The notes below the pieces were generated by a model. That model worked only from the letters and a program-made list of their open reading frames with translations. It was not told the origin of the DNA and made no database searches. Source: an uncultured Candidatus Saccharibacteria bacterium (GTDB lineage: Bacteria > Patescibacteriota > Minisyncoccia > Phycocordibacterales > UBA12088). From it: a stretch of DNA of 64,000 bases. Below are positions 43,322-52,238 of the stretch, in pieces. The number at the start of each line of letters is the position of its first letter. Positions within the stretch are counted from its first letter, which is position 1. The stretch lies in the NCBI GenBank assembly GCA_964531785.1, contig CAZHFF010000001.1:229997-293996 (forward strand), in the 5' to 3' direction. The position numbers were made by a program, and so were the translations under genes.

Positions 43322-43795
43322 ATGAACACCACGTTACAGGAGACACTGCTTGAGCTTGGTGCGCTCGCAGGGCTGCTTTTGCTGCACCTTTGGCTACGTG
43401 ATGTAGAGGAGTACTACCTTGCCTGCCTCGCTATCGGGTTCGGCTACGTACTCGCCGGTTACCTGCTGATCCAAGATGGCTGTATGCGGATCGGGGGTTA
43501 CCTGGCGACGCTCGGCGGCGCGGCCGCGCTACCTGGTGTGCACGGGCTCGGCAATGTCATCGCAGTGCTCGTGGTTACGTGCGGTGCTGGGTACATGGCG
43601 TACATTGCGGCACGCGCAGGAAACAAGGAGCTGCATTTCCCACGTTTGCTTGAGTTGCTCGTCGTGGCGGCGTATGTGGTAACGGCGTACGGCATGTATC
43701 CGGTGACCGGTGAGCGTGCCTACCTGTTTCTGCTCGGGGCCGGAGTTTTTCCTGTCGCTCGATACGTGGTGCATATGTTCGGCTGGGGCAAGTAA
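43322..43795 (+). CDS. Hypothetical integral membrane protein
   Basis: SD GGAGGG before the ATG. Five hydrophobic helices. Confidence 0.55.
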   Translation: MNTTLQETLLELGALAGLLLLHLWLRDVEEYYLACLAIGFGYVLAGYLLIQDGCMRIGGYLATLGGAAALPGVHGLGNVIAVLVVTCGAGYMAYIAARAGNKELHFPRLLELLVVAAYVVTAYGMYPVTGERAYLFLLGAGVFPVARYVVHMFGWGK

Positions 43796-43850
43796 CTAGG
43801 GTTACCCAAATAACGAAATGGGGCCGGCACAGCGTGTCCGGCCCGTTCTC

Positions 43851-44699
43851 TTACCGCAGGTCAGCACCTGCTCTGTGCACGACTCGCCGCAAGCGAGTAA
43901 CGATCTTGTTGTCGATCTGACGGATGCGTTCGCGCGTAAGTCCATAGCGTTCGCCGATCGCTTCGTAACAAAGCGTGTCATCACCAAAGTGACGCAGTCG
44001 CATGATCTCACGTTCACGCTCCGTAGCTTGTTCGAGTACCGATGTGACCAGTTCGCGTCGGCGTTGTTCGAGTTCTGCAGCCATGACCCTCGCCTCTGGA
44101 CCAGGGCGCGGGTCAGTGCGTGGATCAGTTGCGCAGGGTTCTTCCGCCCGTGAGCCCCAGGCAAGCTTAGAAGGGTCCTCCTGTGACGGGCACAATGTGT
44201 ACACGTTGTAACCTGGATGGAGCGGTGCACCTTCCTCGTCGAGGGTCTCGCGCAGGGCATGTGCCGGTACAGGTCGCCAGTACCGCGTACCGTTTGGTGC
44301 AGTGACCGCCTGGCTCATGTAGACGGGCGAAATGCTCGTTCGCACATGTTCCTGGATCTCGGCGCGTATGTAGGCAGCTGCGTACGGGCCCAGGAAGTGC
44401 TTTCTGGTCAGGTCGAACCGCCGAATCGCCCGCACCAACCCAAGCACGCCGCTCTGCATGAGCTCCTGCATCGCTTGATTGTCGCGGAAGAGACTCACGT
44501 ACCGCAGAGTGATCCTTGCGACGAGTGGACGATAACGGTCCACGAGTACGGTCAGGGCTTCGTTACTGTCCCGAGCGTGGTTTGCTTGGGCACGAGCGAT
44601 GAGTTCGTGCTGTATGCGCATAAGCGCAAGTTGCTTACTGCTTAGCCGTTTTGCCTGCTTGTCTGCTGGTTGAGCTGGGGTGGATTGGGGTGCTTGCAC
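43851..44699 (-). CDS. RNA polymerase sigma-70-family factor with a long region-2/region-4 linker insert
   Basis: Region 2 LVDRYRPLVARITLRY..GLVRAIRRFD. Region 4 HTH EREIMRLRHF..YEAIGERYGLTRERIRQIDNK. GTG start behind AAAGGAGG. Confidence 0.8.
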   Translation of the reverse strand: MQAPQSTPAQPADKQAKRLSSKQLALMRIQHELIARAQANHARDSNEALTVLVDRYRPLVARITLRYVSLFRDNQAMQELMQSGVLGLVRAIRRFDLTRKHFLGPYAAAYIRAEIQEHVRTSISPVYMSQAVTAPNGTRYWRPVPAHALRETLDEEGAPLHPGYNVYTLCPSQEDPSKLAWGSRAEEPCATDPRTDPRPGPEARVMAAELEQRRRELVTSVLEQATEREREIMRLRHFGDDTLCYEAIGERYGLTRERIRQIDNKIVTRLRRVVHRAGADLR

Positions 44700-44771
44700 G
44701 GCACTGCCTCCTTTGTGTTGCCTGTACTCTAAGGTATGACACGTTGCTGTATATGGCAAGTGGTGTGCGAT

Positions 44772-44804
44772 AGATAGAAAAGCATGGACGTTCTGTCCAT
44801 GCTT
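44772..44804 (-). terminator. Rho-independent terminator of 44822..45394
   Basis: On the - strand: AAGCATGGAC-AGAAC-GTCCATGCTT, then TTTCTATCT. Confidence 0.6.
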
Positions 44805-44821
44805 CTATGAAGTGTTAGTGC

Positions 44822-45394
44822 TCAACCTGGCAACCGCGTTCTACGTACCGGCCGCGTGAAATCACTCTTGCGCAGCGGTGTAGTGAGCTCTGCTTTAATG
44901 CTGGCCATCACGAGGCTGCCGCGCAGTGCATACCACAGCTGCTTGTACCAAGGCGTGGGCTGGCCGACCGAAGTGACCACAACGCGTCCCGGTTTGTTGA
45001 GGAGCAGACGATACCACAGGTACCGCATACCCCCAAGATACTGGCTCGAGGCGACGATGTGGTAGTTGTGGAGGTGTATGCCTTGTGCTTTGAACTGCGC
45101 ACCCTTCACATAGTCTGTAATATGGATGAGCAACGATCGCTCCCAGAGGTGGCCGTGTCGCTTGCGGAACGCGGAGACGTCTTGGATGCGGGTGTTCTGC
45201 ACCCCTCGCATCAGCAGATCTTCAACCAATGCCTCGGTAAAGTCTGCGTGGTAGTCCCTGCTCATGACATAGAGGAACACCATGTAGGTCCGGCTGAGGT
45301 GTTCGACGATGTATCGTCCCCAGAGAGGTATCGCGTCTACGCTGACTTCACCTGGAACGATAACGATGTAGGCGTCAGCGGCGGCTGTTGCCAT
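44822..45394 (-). CDS. Hypothetical protein
   Basis: ORF 44822..45481 trimmed to ATG 45394 (MATAAADAYIVIVPG). Confidence 0.5.
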   Translation of the reverse strand: MATAAADAYIVIVPGEVSVDAIPLWGRYIVEHLSRTYMVFLYVMSRDYHADFTEALVEDLLMRGVQNTRIQDVSAFRKRHGHLWERSLLIHITDYVKGAQFKAQGIHLHNYHIVASSQYLGGMRYLWYRLLLNKPGRVVVTSVGQPTPWYKQLWYALRGSLVMASIKAELTTPLRKSDFTRPVRRTRLPG

Positions 45395-45541
45395 GTGTCC
45401 GTCCTTCTGTTGTTTACCTAATCCAGCACTATACAACGGCCGTCGGTTTGCGCTAGGGGAGGGTGGTGCAGAACAAAGCATGGCTCATTTTCGTGTCAGT
45501 AGGGCAGGGTGCATACTATTGATCTTCTCCTATCTCCCTGC

Positions 45542-45596
45542 TCCTCAGCTTCCGGGTCCCTAAGTGAAGAACACTTAGGGACCCGGAAGCTGAGGA
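45542..45596. repeat. Palindromic element copy 2 (CCTCAGCTTCCGGGTCCCTAAGTG-AAGAA-CACTTAGGGACCCGGAAGCTGAGG)
   Basis: 24-25-bp perfect arms and a 5-nt loop AAGAA. Confidence 0.9.
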
Positions 45597-45613
45597 TGCG
45601 TTCAAATATACAC

Positions 45614-45643
45614 AAAACCACCCCGCTCCTGCAGGGTGGTTTT
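45614..45643. terminator. Hairpin downstream of the PG-binding gene
   Basis: AAAACCACCC-N10-GGGTGGTTTT, readable as a terminator on both strands. Confidence 0.5.
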
Positions 45644-45654
45644 GATGTCGTTTC

Positions 45655-46116
45655 CTACTTATTCAACACAGCACGCGTCAGCGGGCCAACAAATCCTGTT
45701 ACGTATCCGATGTCTGGATTGGCTGTCTGGTATGCCTTTACTGCCGCAAAGGTAAAAGGGCCAAAGAAACCGGTCGACGTAGGATAGGTGAAATGACCTT
45801 CCGAGCGAAGGCGCTCTTGAAGCTCATATACATCCTGGTTTCGCATGCCATAGCGAAGGTCCTGATTGAACTTGAACGTGTTTGCGCCGAGTACCGTACT
45901 CTCAAGCTCGGGCGTCGTTGTAGCGATCGGTTCCGCAGTCTCAACGATCTCCTCGGCCTCGTCATCTCCGCTGCCCAATAGGCCGAGCTGTGCGATAAGG
46001 AACCCAGGGTTGAGTAATGCGCCACCTGCGTAACCATGCGCTACGGTGCTCGTTGCGACCGTTGCGGTGAGCATGACTACAACAAGGACAACGCTTCGTG
46101 TAATGAAATGATCCAT
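45655..46116 (-). CDS. Secreted peptidoglycan-binding-domain protein
   Basis: Signal peptide. C-terminal PG_binding_1-like sequence G.RN.DVYELQERL...G....TGFFGP.T..AVKAYQ. Confidence 0.8.
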   Translation of the reverse strand: MDHFITRSVVLVVVMLTATVATSTVAHGYAGGALLNPGFLIAQLGLLGSGDDEAEEIVETAEPIATTTPELESTVLGANTFKFNQDLRYGMRNQDVYELQERLRSEGHFTYPTSTGFFGPFTFAAVKAYQTANPDIGYVTGFVGPLTRAVLNK

Positions 46117-46331
46117 ACCGGTGCTGTGTTAGTTAATAAACACTGGTGTGAGGGTGTGACCGAACGTTTTTCAGTCCACGGGACCCTACCACAGAGATTG
46201 ATAGAATGCAAGTTTCGCTTTGTATTAACGCTCTGCCCCAGGCTGACATAGCTCATGAAGCGTAGCGACATGAACTTGACAACACGTCTAACCTATGCTA
46301 GGCTCACCGCCACTGATAACCCTGTCGGAAC

Positions 46332-46514
46332 ATGCGCGGTCGGATAAGCACAGCCCTGTTTTACGTGGTCGGAAGCCTATTGTGGATACCGATCGTGTTC
46401 GGGTATGCAAGCATGCTCGAGATCCGGCACCCTCTCGCGTGGGTGGGAATACTTGCGGTCATGTGCACAGCGGCGAGCTTGTCTATAAGCGCAATAATCA
46501 AACGCTTGTCATGA
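46332..46514 (+). CDS. Possible small membrane protein translationally coupled to the GT2 gene
   Basis: 60-aa ORF with two hydrophobic segments. Its TGA stop (46512-46514) overlaps the GT2 ATG at 46511 (ATGA). Confidence 0.35.
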   Translation: MRGRISTALFYVVGSLLWIPIVFGYASMLEIRHPLAWVGILAVMCTAASLSISAIIKRLS

Positions 46515-47764
46515 TGCTACTCATCGTGTCGCTATATATATTTGTGTACATGGTGATGATCTTTGGGATCATTAACCTGCTGCGCCTGACCTTGCTTGCA
46601 ATTGGTTCGCACATATACGATGTAAGAAAGCGCAAGTCGCGCGCATTTGTACTACCCATCTATACTGTAGTAATACCTGCATACAACGAAGAACGGTCGA
46701 TCATCCGGTGCCTTGAATCGGTCACTGCTGCAAACTATGACAAACTGAAGCTCCAGATAATCGTTGCGGACGATGGGTCGAAGGATAGTACAAGCGAGCT
46801 TGTCCGTACATACAAACAGCAGCATCCGCATGCGAACATTTTGCTGCTTTCGCGCCCCAACGCAGGCAAGGCGCATGCCCTGAACTATGCGATTCAGAAC
46901 CATGCTCGTGGCGAGTTGGTCATGTGTCTTGATGCGGATTCTCTGATCCATAAGGATGCGCTCGTAAATAGTGCACGGCATTTTCTCGATCCGCGCGTTG
47001 TTGCTTTGTCCTCTAACGTAAAGATCATCCCGTCCGGTACGATCTTGAACCTGACCCAGGTGTACGAGTATCTGATCAGCTACCAAATCAAACGAGCACT
47101 CACGACGTTCAATATTGAATACATCATTGGCGGCATTGGCTCAGTGTTCCGACGGAGCGCACTTGAAGCGGTTGGGTACTACGACACCGATACGATTACG
47201 GAAGACATTGACCTTACTATGAAGCTGCTTCGCCTCGGCAACAAGAAGCACCGCGTCATCTACGGAGCAGACGTAATTTCGTACACCGAGTCGGTACTTA
47301 CCGTACGCGACCTGTTCAAACAACGGTTCAGATGGAAGTACGGTCGTCTCCAGACGTTTTTGAAGAATCTTGACTATTTCTTCTCACGTGACCGAAGGCA
47401 TGCACCCCAACTTACTTGGATGTATCTGCCGTTTATCATTTTTTCAGAGATCATGTTCTTCCTTGAACCGCTCATGATCTTATTCTTTATTGCGCTCTGC
47501 TTGCTGTTTGCTGATCTAGTAACACTAGCAAGTGCATGTGCGATCATTAGCTCATTCATTGTATTTTCCATACTTGCGGAAGATACGATACCGTGGAAGC
47601 AAAAGCTGAAGCTGGTAGTAGGGGCGCCTGCAATGTACCTGTCGTTCTACATCATCAACGTTGTCGAGTACATCGCCCTCGTGCGCACATACTACAATGT
47701 ACCGAATGTACGTCGTAGCATTCAGGCCAATGCATGTCGGTGGGAGCATGTAGCGCGTATGTAA
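46511..47764 (+). CDS. Processive family-2 glycosyltransferase (PgaC/IcaA/cellulose-synthase-like)
   Basis: VVIPAYNEE, DDGS, DADS (DxD) and QRFRWKYG (QxxRW), with flanking TM helices. Start set at MMLLIV. Confidence 0.85.
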   Translation: MMLLIVSLYIFVYMVMIFGIINLLRLTLLAIGSHIYDVRKRKSRAFVLPIYTVVIPAYNEERSIIRCLESVTAANYDKLKLQIIVADDGSKDSTSELVRTYKQQHPHANILLLSRPNAGKAHALNYAIQNHARGELVMCLDADSLIHKDALVNSARHFLDPRVVALSSNVKIIPSGTILNLTQVYEYLISYQIKRALTTFNIEYIIGGIGSVFRRSALEAVGYYDTDTITEDIDLTMKLLRLGNKKHRVIYGADVISYTESVLTVRDLFKQRFRWKYGRLQTFLKNLDYFFSRDRRHAPQLTWMYLPFIIFSEIMFFLEPLMILFFIALCLLFADLVTLASACAIISSFIVFSILAEDTIPWKQKLKLVVGAPAMYLSFYIINVVEYIALVRTYYNVPNVRRSIQANACRWEHVARM

Positions 47765-47815
47765 TCTTGCACTGGTGTACCTCATGAGTTTGGCACACCA
47801 GGTAACCGTCATGTA

Positions 47816-47860
47816 GCTTCCGGGTCCCTAAGTGTTCTTCACTTAGGGACCCGGAAGCTG
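47816..47860. repeat. Palindromic element copy 3 (AGCTTCCGGGTCCCTAAGTG-TTCTT-CACTTAGGGACCCGGAAGCT)
   Basis: 20-bp perfect arms. The loop TTCTT is the complement of the copy-2 loop, and the right flank GAGGATG matches copy 2. Confidence 0.9.
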
Positions 47861-47885
47861 AGGATGGATACCGATAGAGAAAAGC

Positions 47886-47921
47886 TTACGCCGAGAGCGT
47901 AGGCACTCTCGGCGTAATTTT
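47886..47921 (+). terminator. Rho-independent terminator after the GT2 gene
   Basis: TTACGCCGAGAG-N8-CTCTCGGCGTAA followed by TTTT. Confidence 0.65.
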
Positions 47922-48098
47922 GGTGTGACTCTCGTGCAGGCCTACCTGCACATTAAGCGGCGCTGTTCGTCAGGTGTGGCGGATGATCGTGCATGTGCAT
48001 GCGCACGGAGGTGCGTGAGTCATGACAAACTCCCTGTCTTTAGCGTGGCGGGATGCCAAGCTTCCGGAGAGAAGTGTAGCACGACCGTGGACCGACTG

Positions 48099-48133
48099 CC
48101 ACCGGAAAAGGTACTAAGTACCTTTTCCGGTGG
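48099..48133. terminator. Perfect 16-bp hairpin
   Basis: CCACCGGAAAAGGTAC-TAA-GTACCTTTTCCGGTGG. Confidence 0.45.
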
Positions 48134-48148
48134 GTTGGCTGCAGGTTG

Positions 48149-48197
48149 TTAGCTTCCGGGTCCCTAAGTGTTCTTCACTTAGGGACTCGGAAGCTAA
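48149..48197. repeat. Palindromic element copy 4 (TTAGCTTCCGGGTCCCTAAGTG-TTCTT-CACTTAGGGACTCGGAAGCTAA)
   Basis: 22-bp arms with one mismatch (C to T at 48187). Confidence 0.85.
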
Positions 48198-48695
48198 CCG
48201 TGTGCAGGATGGGGAGTGGGGTGCGGTGGTGTGGGGTGTGGGTGGCGTATGTGAGCGATGACCGTACGTTCGGCAAACGATGGTCCTGCGCGGGTGGAAC
48301 GGACATGGATGAAATGCATCGCCTGCGGTCGTGTTCGAGCTTGTGTTACCTGCACATCCTATAAGACGTAAAAGACAGCTGTAGACGCACCCCTCTTGTC
48401 CTTATCTTTGCAGGTTATCCACGTTGCACAACCCTGCCGTGTGGGCTGATGCTTACTCATGAAGAAGCACAGCACGAGTTGTGTCGTGGCTTCAGAAATA
48501 GTCAACCTGAAAAGCAACGGGAAACTGCTTTCCGGTGGTTACCAGCTAAAGATCGCAAGCAGTATGCGACAAGGCCTCGACCATGCGCAGAGCAGCACCC
48601 ACAAACGCCATGCGTGACACGTAGAGGCTTTTTGCGTTTGCGGCTTCATGCGTAGACCCCTTATCAATTTACCTTACCAACGTAGCAGTATCACT

Positions 48696-50144
48696 ATGAA
48701 CACACGACGCATATTACTCTCGCTCGCCTCGATCGTTTTCGTGGGGAGCCTCGTCGCCGGAGGAACGGGAGCATTCTTCAGCGACACAGAGACTAGTGAA
48801 GGGAACAGGTTTACCGCAGGCGCGCTCGACCTTAAGGTCGACTCGGTCGCGCATTATAATGGGTTGGTTTGTTTTGCTGGCACATGGCATCCTGAAAGCA
48901 CCGTAGAATGGGATGGTGAAAAGCTGGTGCTTACGGAAGAAAACGTGCAGGACGCGATTGACGCATACAACGACCCGGCACTAAACCCAATGCTCAATCC
49001 TTTCGTGCTCGCGGGGAGCGCTTGTGGCGGTACGTGGGACTTGACCGACCTCGGTCCCGAACTCAAGTTCTTTGACTACAGCGACCTGAAGCCGGGCGAT
49101 AGTGGTGAGAACACCATATCGCTCCATGTGTACGACAACGACGCGTACATGTGTGCGGCGATCCACAACGTGAAGAGCAATGAGAACGGTTGTACGAGTC
49201 CAGAGGTGGCAGTAGACGGTACCTGCGGAACACCAGGTATGGGTGAGGGCGAGCTCGACCAAGAGTTGAACTTCCTCATTTGGGAAGATGATGGCGACAA
49301 TATGCTTCAGCAAGGTGAGGACATTCTCTACCAAGGTCTCGCGGCCGCTGGTGTGGCAGGTGTTTATCCGCTCTACACACCGGACACAGGTGTCTTTACG
49401 GGTGGTACTACCGGATACCTCGGTGTCTACTGGTGCTATGGAAATCTCACAGTTGACGGTACCGACATCACCTGTGATGGCGCACCAGTCACGAACCTCA
49501 CACAGACCGATTCACTTGAGGCTGATATCACGTTCTATGTCGAACAGGCACGGCATAACGAGAACTTTGAGTGTCCTCCACTTGCGGATTTTGAGGGACC
49601 AGGTACACCAATTGAAACCGAATTGGTTGTCACTGAAGGCGACGGGTGGTCACCTGAAGCGTTGTCTGGGGTGCTTAATCAAAACCGTTGGGTTGCGAAG
49701 GCGCGTTATGGTGCAAACAATCCTACAGGCTCTTATGAACTAGAGGTTGGATATGGCCCAGGGTTTCGTGATGAGGGTAATCATGTTTACGCAAGTGGTG
49801 TCGGAGAATCATTCTCACTCGCATATGATGATACGACCAAGATAGCAACGGTTACCGTTGGAAATGACTCAGCCACCTATGACCTATCGGGAGGAACGGC
49901 AGGTACTCCAACATCAATAGGTATAACAGCGAAAGGTGGATCTGGTGATTCAACATCTCTCACAGGAATCTTCTTCAATGGCAATGCTGTTCCAGACCTG
50001 GTGTCGCCAACCACGGGACCTGTTCACCATTCGCTTTCAGGATCGGAAATTGAAGGAAACTTCCTACTTACCGGTACACTCACATTGAACTGGGTGTCAC
50101 CACAGGACGAGCTCCCAGCCCTGCAGATCGACGTGCTGTACTAG
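48696..50144 (+). CDS. SipW-cognate signal-peptide protein, TasA/camelysin-like N-domain plus C-terminal domain
   Basis: MNTRRILLSLASIVFVGSLVAGGTGAFFSDTETSEGNRFTAGALDLKVD matches the SipW-dependent signal class. DLKPGDSGENTISLHV is camelysin-like. Confidence 0.8.
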   Translation: MNTRRILLSLASIVFVGSLVAGGTGAFFSDTETSEGNRFTAGALDLKVDSVAHYNGLVCFAGTWHPESTVEWDGEKLVLTEENVQDAIDAYNDPALNPMLNPFVLAGSACGGTWDLTDLGPELKFFDYSDLKPGDSGENTISLHVYDNDAYMCAAIHNVKSNENGCTSPEVAVDGTCGTPGMGEGELDQELNFLIWEDDGDNMLQQGEDILYQGLAAAGVAGVYPLYTPDTGVFTGGTTGYLGVYWCYGNLTVDGTDITCDGAPVTNLTQTDSLEADITFYVEQARHNENFECPPLADFEGPGTPIETELVVTEGDGWSPEALSGVLNQNRWVAKARYGANNPTGSYELEVGYGPGFRDEGNHVYASGVGESFSLAYDDTTKIATVTVGNDSATYDLSGGTAGTPTSIGITAKGGSGDSTSLTGIFFNGNAVPDLVSPTTGPVHHSLSGSEIEGNFLLTGTLTLNWVSPQDELPALQIDVLY

Positions 50145-50162
50145 CATCAGACTACCTATCTT

Positions 50163-50192
50163 TCGGAAGCCTGACATTTGTCGGGCTTCCGA
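50163..50192 (+). other. Intercistronic hairpin 1 (core GCCTGAC..GTCGGGC)
   Basis: TCGGAAGCCTGAC-ATTT-GTCGGGCTTCCGA, 13 bp including one G-U pair. Confidence 0.6.
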
Positions 50193-50233
50193 GCAAGTAA
50201 AGCAACGAACCCTTACTGATAACACCATAAAGC

Positions 50234-52228
50234 ATGAAACGTATCATTACCAGTATGCTCACCATCGTGGCGGCCGTTGCGCTCGTCGCGGGAGGTACGG
50301 GCGCGTTCTTTGGCGACACGGAACGCTCGAGCGGCAACACGTTCGCTGCGGGAACGCTCGACCTCAAGGTGGACAATGAGAGCTACTACAACGGCAATAA
50401 GTGCGCCAATGTGAGCACTGATCCGGGGGTAGAGCAGTGGGAGTGGGTAGGCGAGTCGCCGTACCCGGTACCAGGCACTCCCTGTACCACGAGCTGGTAC
50501 CTAGATGACCTCGCGAACGGCCGTCTCTTCTTTGACTTCAACGACGTCAAGCCGGGAGACGAGGGTGAGGACACCATATCGCTCCACGTACAGAACGATG
50601 CATGGGCGTGTATGGACCTTACCGTGACGAGCAATGATGATAACGGGAGCACCGAGCCGGAGCTTCTCGTTGAAGAAGAGGAGGCCGATGATGTGGCCGA
50701 TGAGTGGGACGGCGAACTCGCACAAGCTATTCAAATGGTGTGGTGGGCGGACGATGGCGATAATGTGCTCGAGGACGGTGAGCGCATCATGTCAGGTGAC
50801 GTAAAGACATTGCTCGACCTTGGTTACACGAGCGGTCCTTTCTCCGTGGTACTTGCGGACAGTACGGAAAATGCTTGGACAGGCCAGGCGAGCGGTCCGC
50901 TTACGGCAGGCGATGTGCACTACGTTGCAAAAGCGTGGTGCGTTGGCGAGCTCACGCTCGACCCTGTACCTGCAGGTCAAGGGGTGAACCCGTCGGTCGC
51001 TACGGGCATACTTTGCAACGGTCAAGCGGTTGGGAACGAGATTCAGACCGATACTACGACGCTCGATATACAGTTCCGCGCGATGCAGGCCCGGCACAAC
51101 GCACAGTTCATCTGTAGCGGACCACGCACGACGCTCACCGTTGTGAAGGAAGTCGTTGGCGGGGATGTGTCGCCTGCGGACTTCCAGATGACGCTTGACG
51201 GTGACCCTGTCCCGCAGAACGTTCAACTTCCCGTTTCTCCCGGAAGCTACACCGTAGGCGAGATGTTTACCGTACCGGACGGCTACACCATGGAGACCAG
51301 CTTCAGTGGTGTGTGCGAAGGCGCACAAACGCCACAGGTGGGAACGGCGACGGTGGTTGAAGGGCAGAACAATGTTTGTACGGTCACGAACACATTCCGA
51401 CCGATCGACACGACACTTGAGGTCGTGAAGGTGGTCGCGGGTGATGCACCGGACGGGGTGACGAGCGCGAGCTTCCAGTTGACCCTTAACGGAGCCAACA
51501 TAGACCAAAACACCCCGCAATCGATCGACCCGAACGGTGGTCCGTATACCGTGGGTGAGGTGTACGCGGTGCCGAACGGCTACACCATGGAGACCACGTT
51601 CAGTGGTGCATGTGGTACGGATGGTGCGGTGACCCTCACGCCGTTTACGAACAATGTCTGCACGGTCACGAACACGTTCACTGCAATTCCAGCCACACTT
51701 ACTGTCAACAAGGTGGTAATTAACAACAATGGCGGAAACAACGTACCCACCGACTTCCAGCTACAGGTCATCGGGGGCGGTGTAACGAACGTCTCTAGCG
51801 GCGCATCAAACCAGTTTCCGTCGGGAAATTACACTGTAACGGAGGTTGGTGTTCCGGGGTACGTTGCCTCGTGGAGCGGTGACTGTGTAAATGGTGGGGG
51901 GATAACACTCGCGCCGGGCGACAACAAAACCTGCACCATCACCAACACCGATCTGCCTGCTGCTATCACGCTCATTAAGAACGTGGTGGACGGAACTGCA
52001 TCTCCCTCACAGTTTGTGATGCGGATCGATGGTAACCCTGTTCCGCAGAGCACCTCGGTTGCGGTAGACTCAAACACTGACCATACCATCAGTGAGGACT
52101 TGGCTGCGGGCTACACGTTCACCTCGATAACGGGAGCCGGCTGTCCTGCAGGACTCAATGTGCCGTTCCAGCTGGACGAAGGGCAGTCGATAACCTGTAC
52201 CATTACAAACACATTCACAGGAAGCTAA
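50234..52228 (+). CDS. SipW-cognate signal-peptide protein, TasA/camelysin-like N-domain plus four tandem ~90-aa beta-sandwich repeats
   Basis: Signal MKRIITSMLTIVAAVALVAGGTGAFFGDTERSSGNTFAAGTLDLKVD. Four repeats each end in C(T/S)(V/I)TNT(F/D). Confidence 0.8.
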   Translation: MKRIITSMLTIVAAVALVAGGTGAFFGDTERSSGNTFAAGTLDLKVDNESYYNGNKCANVSTDPGVEQWEWVGESPYPVPGTPCTTSWYLDDLANGRLFFDFNDVKPGDEGEDTISLHVQNDAWACMDLTVTSNDDNGSTEPELLVEEEEADDVADEWDGELAQAIQMVWWADDGDNVLEDGERIMSGDVKTLLDLGYTSGPFSVVLADSTENAWTGQASGPLTAGDVHYVAKAWCVGELTLDPVPAGQGVNPSVATGILCNGQAVGNEIQTDTTTLDIQFRAMQARHNAQFICSGPRTTLTVVKEVVGGDVSPADFQMTLDGDPVPQNVQLPVSPGSYTVGEMFTVPDGYTMETSFSGVCEGAQTPQVGTATVVEGQNNVCTVTNTFRPIDTTLEVVKVVAGDAPDGVTSASFQLTLNGANIDQNTPQSIDPNGGPYTVGEVYAVPNGYTMETTFSGACGTDGAVTLTPFTNNVCTVTNTFTAIPATLTVNKVVINNNGGNNVPTDFQLQVIGGGVTNVSSGASNQFPSGNYTVTEVGVPGYVASWSGDCVNGGGITLAPGDNKTCTITNTDLPAAITLIKNVVDGTASPSQFVMRIDGNPVPQSTSVAVDSNTDHTISEDLAAGYTFTSITGAGCPAGLNVPFQLDEGQSITCTITNTFTGS

Positions 52229-52238
52229 CTTCTTCCTA

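Noticed and set aside
46295-46510. N-terminal extensions offered by the ORF track: GT2 from 46295, hisS to 5370, lepA from 34319, MFS from 26790, ABC from 8374, NUDIX from 13781 and sigma factor to 44759.
   Set aside because: The extensions overlap neighbouring genes or are Arg/Pro-rich. Internal starts restore canonical N-termini and are supported by SD sequences, -10 boxes or stop/start coupling.
48480-48600. Possible c-di-GMP (GEMM-type) riboswitch upstream of the tasA-like gene, based on strings like GCGACAAGGCC and GGAAACTGCTTTCC.
   Set aside because: Only loose resemblance to fragments of the consensus. I could not trace the paired P1a/P1b helices with a tetraloop and receptor. This needs cmscan and is not claimable by eye.
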